This document shows positions 53,101 to 60,900 of a stretch of DNA of 64,000 nucleotides, piece after piece. Both the position numbers and the translations under genes were made by a program. The notes beneath the pieces were generated by a model that worked only from the letters and a program-made list of their open reading frames with translations, was not told where the DNA came from and ran no database searches. Numbering within the stretch: the first letter of the stretch is position 1; each line of letters opens with the position of its first letter. This DNA is from a virus. Lineage: Duplodnaviria; Caudoviricetes. The stretch covers positions 32,001-96,000 of the IMG/VR virus record IMGVR_UViG_3300037722_000745, one strand, 5' to 3'.

Positions 53101-53585
53101 AAAGTCGCTGTGTCCGTGGTGACAATGACAAAGTTGCCACTCTCATCTTGAACTACGTCTGTGAGAGGTTGTGGCTTAGCTACCAAGATGTCGACTGAGT
53201 TTCGGTTACGTCTCAACCGAATCCCGGTGGGAATCTGTGTCCCCGTGACGTCCGCATCGCTCACTCTGGTCACAACGACAGTGGAAGGGGCTGACACACC
53301 GCCTACAACGTCGATCGTGCGGATCAAGATCGTGTTCACACCGAATTCGAGTGGGAGTCCTGTTGGGTAGACTGTTAGGTTCGGGATCGTGAACGTTTGA
53401 AGTACGAAGCTGACCAGATTAGGATCGGAGACATAAGCTCCGCCGTTGATCGAGATTTGGATCGAGACCGTGTTGACATCCACCGTCCCTTCAAGAATGA
53501 CAGCGTTCTTGTTTGTGGTGAAGACAAGGTTTGTAGTGAACCCGCCGCCACCTCGAAGTTGGATTTGCGGAGCTGTAGCCATCAA
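50106..53585 (-). CDS. baseplate wedge subunit (baseplate J/gp6-like)
   Basis: AIDPFASE, G.LTLYT, V.IVAELAGSAGNVPAGAI, G.D.ESNA.L..R, GTEGGY motifs. Confidence 0.8.
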   Translation of the reverse strand: MMATAPQIQLRGGGGFTTNLVFTTNKNAVILEGTVDVNTVSIQISINGGAYVSDPNLVSFVLQTFTIPNLTVYPTGLPLEFGVNTILIRTIDVVGGVSAPSTVVVTRVSDADVTGTQIPTGIRLRRNRNSVDILVAKPQPLTDVVQDESGNFVIVTTDTATFLGFNFYASVEPAGVSGYYRVNEKPITAPTEFEEDDVTEYEDIAQWDVSSNKNLRVRVSEEDEFGNEVAVRLDSFHDNASIAGQLRFASALQNYELNEFVVFNHVRSGGTGLVNSDQFVSISDSDPLYYVVTGVYFDPTTNTEVETPFSQEVLGSPLVIDTTIRDLPGRTQTQIVTDYINAVGRVNSEVSLVPGSVYRDVAIDPFASEAERIWFLLDFVHRSQSFLTLLAIDNVSGSGVSDPVASSAYKQALKAAIGLTSDTSVQSLVDQQFDKLAANVNKTRLGGRQAVGTLTLYTATRPTQDIPVPAGSFATSSADATTGVTSQRYRIGGSFVLPTTNAEAYYNFDERRYELRVSIVAELAGSAGNVPAGAIRTLVGISGLQAINESATVFGDDVESNANLAARAMLGFASVDTGTEGGYAAESAAKIGIIKSKIIKSGDALMMRDYDDVRKKHIGGKVDVWVQGVQERQVQDTFAFTFEVARDIQCQIIDATNLIFRVLDSRVTPATPIIEILNNPVQGLGVRNITLGSDYDLTGVAILDYQTFQVNTAIAQPATAIDDIVTADYRFRVVNQFFMTLQPVRRVVSVVGEVSGALDPSVHYELFKVDDPLLEGESTIARDYVAIVPSGGVPSGDTITVNDELHVMIGFEQEPLDSIGINTATIRVFNESRTIEYEPPGAVAPDYDIIAGTATTPARIVRTSASQIANGEEVSVDYIHDENFTVTYVINDLLQQLQAILNNKRHVTADVLVKQAILNSIDIETTVQLARGASKDKTDPAVRNNVSLNLNKKLIGEDVAQSNVDAAINNSSGVQFNVLPMARMAYADGSRRLRESVLPTNNRVASLDIGGNQAFILTNPLEYPTTDGGGEDTEHKGVFQDDESMTISETLALVCSSANQAFIIGSGGAIIAGYSDDATLALEGFLVNEYEEERLRRTANHVVVSLDGSGVPTDNPESHAYAASYVVRGDEDSHDITVAAMEVVELGVFTVTYREFTEN

Positions 53586-53589
53586 TGCC

Positions 53590-54720
53590 TCAACCCGAGA
53601 GAACTGTGCTGCTCAATGATTGCCGGATAGTTCCGGTAGATCCTGACAACTCGAGCGCCTCTGGGACTTTCAAACCCCGTGTTAACTGAATCGGCTCATT
53701 GGATCGATTCTGAACCGTTACCGTGATGAACACTACAGTCGGGTCCTGACTGCTTTGCTCCAAATTAACGGACAATAACCGAAAAGGGAATTCCCGATCC
53801 GAGACGAACTGACCAACATCATCTTCCTGTTGTCGTTTGATCGACTGCCAACGATTGAACGCTTGATGGATGTCCGACACCACAAGATTCTGAGCAAAGC
53901 CGCCGGCTGCGATCTTCTTTCCGATTGAGTCGATGATTTGCGTGCCGTACCAGGTGTGGAACTGGTTGCTACCTCGAATGGTGTAGAAGTTCTTCTGTAG
54001 TTCCTGGAGCAGCAACGCCTCATCCCTGACCTCGATCAACGACCCCTTGATATCGTGTCTCCAATCATTCTCGTACCCCGTGCCTCCACACCGACGACAC
54101 TCCTCACGTCGTGTCACATACGAAATCTCCACGAAGTCAGAACCGCTTCTTAGCGGCTCATCGAACACGATTAGCCGTGTAGGACGGTCCGCAAGAGTCG
54201 CAGGGTCGCTGACAAGTGTCCAACCCGGCACACGTTGCTGACCACGATACTCTCGATTCGTCGTAAACCCAAAGACAGAAGCCGCTGTACTAGTGTCCTG
54301 TAGAAAGACACTTGCTTGAGGCCCTTTGGCTCGTGTCGCAAAGGTCAGTCGCTCGTTTTGCACCGAGAAGAACACCCCAGTGAACATCTGACTGAGTAAG
54401 GCAGCTACCCTGCTTACTCCCATCTGGTGCGAAGTAGGTAACGTAGCCGTCTGGACAGCTCCCTGATCCACCGTCAACTCAATGACATTGTTCACTCCGG
54501 CCGTGAAACTAAACGGGCCACGTCGAGTCCCTGAAGACTTAGCCGGCAAATAGGTTCCCTCGGACGGCACTGGGATGGCGTTATCTAGCAACACCTGGAC
54601 CGAGGTTGAAGACGAGATCGGACGCAAAGGACGCACCGTCTGTCGATCCGATGCTACAAACAGCGCTTCCTCAGTCACGCGATGCTGACACACTTGGTCA
54701 ATTTGAAGATCGAACGACAT
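53590..54720 (-). CDS. baseplate protein with a C-terminal gp25/W-like domain
   Basis: LLQELQK..YT.RGS..FH.WYGT.I...IG pattern; located upstream of the J-like gene. Confidence 0.65.
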   Translation of the reverse strand: MSFDLQIDQVCQHRVTEEALFVASDRQTVRPLRPISSSTSVQVLLDNAIPVPSEGTYLPAKSSGTRRGPFSFTAGVNNVIELTVDQGAVQTATLPTSHQMGVSRVAALLSQMFTGVFFSVQNERLTFATRAKGPQASVFLQDTSTAASVFGFTTNREYRGQQRVPGWTLVSDPATLADRPTRLIVFDEPLRSGSDFVEISYVTRREECRRCGGTGYENDWRHDIKGSLIEVRDEALLLQELQKNFYTIRGSNQFHTWYGTQIIDSIGKKIAAGGFAQNLVVSDIHQAFNRWQSIKRQQEDDVGQFVSDREFPFRLLSVNLEQSSQDPTVVFITVTVQNRSNEPIQLTRGLKVPEALELSGSTGTIRQSLSSTVLSG

Positions 54721-55454
54721 TACTCCTCCGGCTTAACAAGCCCATCCAGCGTTCGCTGGTAGCTCGTCACCGGGGCCCCCTTAGGTCCTGGCATGTAGCC
54801 AGCCACCGGGGCCCGTGCGAACTTTCCGTGCGGGTCTGGGGAGCCGCTGTCGTCTGTGATGGCGGTATACCCTCGGTTTGAAGATAGAGCCTCCATTTCG
54901 GTGATCAAGAACTCCAGCGAACCATCCGTATCCACACTGGACTTCAAAGTCTCCAGTTCGCTAATCTCAGCCGAGAGCTGCTCGGAGTAGTCCAGAGCAC
55001 GACGGATTTTTCTCTCCAGGTAGTCCCGACGACGGTGGAGGTCACCCTGAACCCAACCCCGCATCCGCTGCATGAGGATCGCAGATTCAGCATCGGATAG
55101 CCCTAGCACACTGATGACCTCTCCATTGCTCATCAGTTGGCTATCCTGAACCTCATCACCCTCGAGTTGGAACACAGGCTGGTTGGTGCTTCGAACCTGA
55201 AGATCGAACTCTGCATTCCCACCCAGCGCAACATAAGCCCCATAGAGCTTGCCACAGTACGTGGTGGGAGGGTCGTCCGTGAGGGCCGTAGGAACCCCTC
55301 CCGCGTCGTACGCAAACGCAAGGTTACCAATCCGATCCCGCTCCGCCTTGAGATGCGCGATGCGACCATCGATGAGCTGCACCTGATCTCGAACGTAGGA
55401 TTTGAAGCGTTCGAACTGGCTACGAGTAAGTGTGCCTTGGAAATCGTAGGCCAA
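54720..55454 (-). CDS. hypothetical virion protein (coiled coil)
   Basis: 244-aa ORF in the structural operon. Confidence 0.65.
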   Translation of the reverse strand: MAYDFQGTLTRSQFERFKSYVRDQVQLIDGRIAHLKAERDRIGNLAFAYDAGGVPTALTDDPPTTYCGKLYGAYVALGGNAEFDLQVRSTNQPVFQLEGDEVQDSQLMSNGEVISVLGLSDAESAILMQRMRGWVQGDLHRRRDYLERKIRRALDYSEQLSAEISELETLKSSVDTDGSLEFLITEMEALSSNRGYTAITDDSGSPDPHGKFARAPVAGYMPGPKGAPVTSYQRTLDGLVKPEE

Positions 55455-55534
55455 CGTGCGTTCCGATCTACATTTTCTGGTGTGGCCACCAACAGAGATT
55501 GCTCACTGAGGTGAGACTACAAGAGAAAACGGGC

Positions 55535-57709
55535 CTAGAAAATCAAACCAAAGGCTTCTTCGAACGGTCCCACATCTGGGGCCACATAGGCCAGAGCCAC
55601 CCCTCCGGTATACCCTCCTGGACCGCTAGGGGGCAGAGTTCCGCCTGCGTTCTCGATCAGCGATACCCATTCGTTCACATCGCCACCCGTGCTAGGCACA
55701 CTGAGAATGTAGTAGCCCAGAGACAAACCTTCGATGAAGTCCAGAATCGAGATCAAGTATTGGAGGAACTGCTCCAGGGTGTCGATCTTACGGATGATGA
55801 GATCGATGAACGCATTCAGCTCATCAATCACGCCCGAGTAAGCGTCCAGCAACGCCTGCATCTTTGCCAACAAGTCGTACAAGAGCTGTCCAGACCAAGG
55901 CACGATATCCCGGAGGAAACTGACTTGGATCCAGTCCGGAGGACTACCCCCCAACGTGAACGACTTGCAGAAATTGACCGCAGCTAAAACATTCAGACGA
56001 ACCGTAGGGTCCGCCCAAACAGTACCGTATAGAACACCCGCATCCTGCACTCCCCCTTGACCGGCGATGTCGGGATTCTGAACCTCCGTGATCTCAAAGA
56101 CTAGATTGGCAAGGTTCGTCGCATCCAAACCTTCCACATTGGGTGTTCCGTTAGGATACACACCCTCCATGAGAGCTTTGAATGGGACCGCCGAGTTGGC
56201 TTCCAACATCGCGCCGGCAACCATCGTTGCGAGCCTTGTCGAATTTCGTCTCACGTTCGTGTTATTCCAGGGAAGCTCCGGTAGAAGCCCCGTCGCTGGG
56301 TCCCGTTGGAAGGCCGCCGTCACATCTGTGATCCCCGACACTGCGTCCCCCACAAGCGGAATTGCTTGGAACGATGTGAGAGGCCCCGCAAGCGATGTGA
56401 GAGACCCCCTACCAATATCCGAACTAGTGGCTGAGGGTTCAATTGCAGTGCCATCCGGATTGAACTTGGCGCCTTCCGGTAACGGTAGGTGGAAGTTCAG
56501 CGAGAAGGCCACTTGGAACAAACGCTTGAGAGTCTCGATCACATCGAAGTCCGGTGGGTAGATCGGAATCCGAATGGGAACCGTGGGGCTCGCCTTACCC
56601 ATCACCAGGTTATCCCCTGGCCACTCAATGTACGGATTGGAGTCGATGACGTTCGTCTTCGGTTGCTCGAACACTACCGTAGTTCCCGAAACGTCCAGAT
56701 CCCCGCTGTACGCACGAACACGGTAGTAGTAGGTCTTTCCAACCTCAACGTCGTCGTCTAAATAACGAAACGTACCGAGCTGACCTAGCAAGAAAGTGCT
56801 AGTATTCGTACTCGCATCGATGACAATGTACTGCTGAAATTTCAGAAAAGGGTCGTTGTAGTTGTCGTGCAGTCGGACCTTACGCTCAATGACAGCTCCA
56901 GGCTTACCGCGACTCTCAAATCGAGTCGGAATCGTAGCTACAACAGGGCCAGCAGCGTCCACATCACCCAACGCCGAAACATCGACTTCCCCAACCGCAG
57001 GATTGGTTTCTACACACTTCTCGATGAGAAACCTAGGAGGGATGAAGCCAACAGTGTTGGCAAGATCCGAGAATCCTGGATCACCTGACACCGAAGTTTG
57101 AGGTGAAGACCACTCTACTACGACCGACTCAGGTTGATCTTGAAACAACTTGACGACCGAAAGAACCGGATCCCCATCCCCTCCAAGCGGGAGCACTTTG
57201 AAGTCTGGCGGAGCCTGATACTGGGGACTCAGGAACTCCTTCCCAAGAAACTGAAGCAGAATCTCGATCAGCCGTACAAGGCCATGGGCATTCTCCGCAT
57301 CAGCTACGATGATCGTAAAACCGCTGTTGCTTAGTCCCGCGAGGGGTTGTGGGCGGTTAGGATCTCTGGAGTCATACAGGCCAGCCTTGAAGCGGGTTAG
57401 GAATGCCTCGAACCCACCTACGTGGCGGTTGAAGTTAGGGTCTACTAAGGGGTTGGGAACATCGAACCACCCGTAGATCCCAGAGCGCCGTAGAGACTCA
57501 AACAGTTGCAGGATCCTTTGAATCAACGCTTCGACAATAGCTTTGATCGGGTTCCCGAAATCAACCAAGAACACCTTCACCGTCTCTAGGATGGTCTTCA
57601 GCACCTCAAGGAACACGACAAGCGTCTCCAGGACATTCCGGGCCCCTTCCAACAAATCCTGCCCCGGGATCTGGATCGAAAGGGATTCCCAATCTGGATT
57701 CGCAGCCAT
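55535..57709 (-). CDS. hypothetical baseplate-region protein
   Basis: 724 aa; amphipathic helical termini and a central FnIII-like YYYRVRAY segment. Confidence 0.7.
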   Translation of the reverse strand: MAANPDWESLSIQIPGQDLLEGARNVLETLVVFLEVLKTILETVKVFLVDFGNPIKAIVEALIQRILQLFESLRRSGIYGWFDVPNPLVDPNFNRHVGGFEAFLTRFKAGLYDSRDPNRPQPLAGLSNSGFTIIVADAENAHGLVRLIEILLQFLGKEFLSPQYQAPPDFKVLPLGGDGDPVLSVVKLFQDQPESVVVEWSSPQTSVSGDPGFSDLANTVGFIPPRFLIEKCVETNPAVGEVDVSALGDVDAAGPVVATIPTRFESRGKPGAVIERKVRLHDNYNDPFLKFQQYIVIDASTNTSTFLLGQLGTFRYLDDDVEVGKTYYYRVRAYSGDLDVSGTTVVFEQPKTNVIDSNPYIEWPGDNLVMGKASPTVPIRIPIYPPDFDVIETLKRLFQVAFSLNFHLPLPEGAKFNPDGTAIEPSATSSDIGRGSLTSLAGPLTSFQAIPLVGDAVSGITDVTAAFQRDPATGLLPELPWNNTNVRRNSTRLATMVAGAMLEANSAVPFKALMEGVYPNGTPNVEGLDATNLANLVFEITEVQNPDIAGQGGVQDAGVLYGTVWADPTVRLNVLAAVNFCKSFTLGGSPPDWIQVSFLRDIVPWSGQLLYDLLAKMQALLDAYSGVIDELNAFIDLIIRKIDTLEQFLQYLISILDFIEGLSLGYYILSVPSTGGDVNEWVSLIENAGGTLPPSGPGGYTGGVALAYVAPDVGPFEEAFGLIF

Positions 57710-57716
57710 CTAGAAC

Positions 57717-57902
57717 TCAGCCTCGCCCATACTGAATCTTGTGGAGTTTCCGCTTAAGACTAGCAATCTCAGACTCAGTGGCTTTCGCCGTCGCTGAGAC
57801 AACGTCTTTCATATGCTCATTGAGGCGGAAGTTTCTGTGCTCCCACTTCGGTACGTCCGGCGCGGAGTCGTCCCCTTCTAGCTCTTCAGTCTCATTCATC
57901 AT
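57717..57902 (-). CDS. small hypothetical protein
   Basis: 61 aa, ATGA-coupled to the upstream gene. Confidence 0.55.
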   Translation of the reverse strand: MMNETEELEGDDSAPDVPKWEHRNFRLNEHMKDVVSATAKATESEIASLKRKLHKIQYGRG

Positions 57903-60900
57903 GTTACTTCTTCTACTGCCAACAGCTTGATCAGCTCATTCAGGAACTCCTGCTGAGCTTTCACCCGGTTCTCCGCGGCAATGGCTTGTTGTGCAACCAA
58001 GCCATTTTCCAAGTTGATTCTCGCGTCGATCCAAGCGTAACGCTTGTCATAGAGTTTGTCGGTATTGGCGAGTATCTCTTCTACAGTCTCAACAGTCGCA
58101 GGGATGGCAGCAAGACGGCTGTCAACCAAAACGTCCCGAGCATCCAAGATAGAAGTAGTCAAACCCGTCGCGAAGTTACCCGCGAACCCTGCTACCGGAA
58201 CCGAAGCAAGGGACGATAGGAACGAATTCGCAGAGGTTTGAAGGGTAGTGATGCTCAGATACAGAGAAAACAGGGCGTCTACAGATTCAGGCGAAGCTCC
58301 GAAGAGCTTCACCACACGATAACTGACCCCCACAAGAGTAGCTGGGAACGGTGGGTTCACCTCGAGCTGAGTCTCCGAATTGACCGAGGTGATCTGGTAG
58401 AACCCCGCGTCCGCCCCTGTCTGAATGAAAACGTAATGGGTCGTAGATACCCCATCCGTCAGAAAAGTTGCCGAGGCGTCATCTAAGACTGTGTCACTGT
58501 TCGTTTCACCTGACCCGCTTGTAGCGACATCCGTGAAAACAATGTCCAAGAAGTTGAGAATGTGTGCTTGCTCATTCGGGTACAGCGAGAACTGCCCTGC
58601 CACCGCTGCGCTAAGATCCGTGAGGTAGTCGTTGACCGTGTCTCCGTAGGTTGCTAGGGAATTGTCGACGCGGTAGGCCGCTCCGGCAAGAGGCGCCGCA
58701 AACGCTGGAGACACGGTCAGTTGTGTATTGCTGTTGATCCCAGTGATCTGACGCCGCTCCCCCGTACCTGTCTTGACCAAGGTGTGCCCTACCGCCACGT
58801 CAGACAGGAAAGTAGCCACAGCGTCGTCAAGAATGGCATCCGTGCTCGTTATATCCCCTGTGCCCGTAACACTGAGATCGCTCACCGTGACCACGAAAGA
58901 GAAACCTGTGTCATTGCTGCCAAGAGCGGTATCGATGTCGAGGGTGTCTGCTCCCACGGCTACGATGCGATAGAAATCTGAAGGGCCGTGGGTCCCTGTC
59001 AAAATTCGAACCATGTCGTTGACCTCGGGAAGAGGTGCCGGCCAGTTACCTCCAGAATTGGTGATCCTCTGCAAACCGTCGTCGTAGTCCCCCGCGCCCT
59101 CGAAAGTCGGCGTGGTAAGAGTGCGAATGAGCCCCGTCGAGTCGTGTATGATCTTGTCTTCAGTCGCGAGATACCCATTCTGCTCACTGTCCGGATCTGG
59201 AGTCTGAATAGGGAAGCTCAACTCTCCATCGTCATCCTCAATCCCACCGTAAAGGGCCGGGAACTTGTCAGGAGCCGTCAGAGTGTTGTTGCGATTGACC
59301 GAGCCTGACAGAGCCTCCCCCTCGACTAGAGGTGTGTTCGACAGAACAGCGATTTCTGGGACGTAGGTGATCTGCCCATTGTCGCTATTGAAGCCGAAGT
59401 CCCGCCCAAGCAAGTAGTACGTTGGAGCCTCGCCGGATGTGTCAATGAGCGACTGGTAGATGGTCGAGCCGACACCCGCCACACCAGACAGGCCCGAAAT
59501 ACCTAGCTCGTAATCCGACACTGACGTGATGGTCACCGGGGAAGAAGAACCATTAATGAAGCTCCCATCCCGATCCTGGACCACACATTCCATCCCCGTG
59601 GCAAACGGCGGTCGGGCGTACTTCGCTGCTTGATCCGCGAATTCCGCTTCCACACCCGAAGCCAGATCCACCTTCAGCACGCTCGACCCCGAGAACTCAG
59701 TGGATTCCGTAACGACAGCCCACGGAAGGCGGGTGTGGAGTCGAGTTACGGCCGTAATGCTCTCCGACTTCGTATCCACTACCTCATCACCCGGTTGGGT
59801 AGCAAGGATCACTGCCGAGACCGCGAAGAAGTCACGCTGAGTGGGGTAGAATCGACTACGAGAGCCAGGGAGATAGTATTTGCGGAAGGTACCTATCGAG
59901 GACACGGCGAATGGTGGGTAGGTGACCTCATAAGGAGCCGGTGAGACCTGTATGATGTCGTCGATTTGGTTGGCCGTCCCGTTCAACGTTCCTGTGGTGC
60001 CGTCGAATAGGAACCGGCCATCGTTGTTGCCCACCACTCGACCATCAAGAGCTTGAAGGTAGTCCTCAAGACTATTGACAGCGTCATTGTAGAACAGAAG
60101 GCTTGACCTGGCGATAATGTCCTGGTTCGCAAGATGCCGCTCGTCGAAGTATACGGACGTGCGTCCCTGTTCGAATATCTGAGGTTGAGACGCATTATCC
60201 GTTTGGGGTCCAGAGGACCCGCTGCTGGCGTTCCCGGCAATCTCTTGAGCGTACTCCCCACGAAAGTTGGTCATCGTCTCGACACGGTAGTAGAACGAGT
60301 CGGGCGAAAAGATGAAGTGATCGGCCAACAGGATCTGCCCCTCAAGACCATTGGATCCGTTAGGGACAACCTGGCATGTGTAGGTCGCCCGTAAATTAAT
60401 CCCGATCGACACGGGAACCTGCAGACCTGTGTAGAAGATTGAGAACTCTTCGTTGGGCAAGAGCGGGGTTGTGAAAAGAACGCGCCCTGACTCGTCGATC
60501 GTGTAGTCCTGCGGAGTCGTCAGTAGAGCCCCAGGTTCCCCCATCAACTTGCGGTAGATCGTGTAGGGCTGCGTGAGAACCGGCACCTGACTCGTTCTGA
60601 CCTCTACCGTGGGGGGCTCGAACAACGGACGTACTGAGTACAACAGAAGTTGAGACCCCGGCAGGTACTGTCTGGCAGCGCCCGACGCAAGCTTGATCTC
60701 GGTACGATCTGTGTTGCCATCGTAGCTAGCACCCAACACCTGTAGAAAGTCCGTGAAGGTAGAACCTCCATCGGTAAACAACACTACCGTGCCAACACGG
60801 TACGACGTGAGACGATCGCCCGTGACCCGGAACGTCTTGCTGCCTCGAGCCACTGCCTCGAAGGAGGATAGCTCTGGAACGAAATACGAGGGATCTAGAG

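Noticed and set aside
58645-58660. Array-1 spacer 1 (frame DGEGQRNLGTYG) versus own NSLATYG
   Set aside because: Only 9 contiguous nt match; expected by chance.
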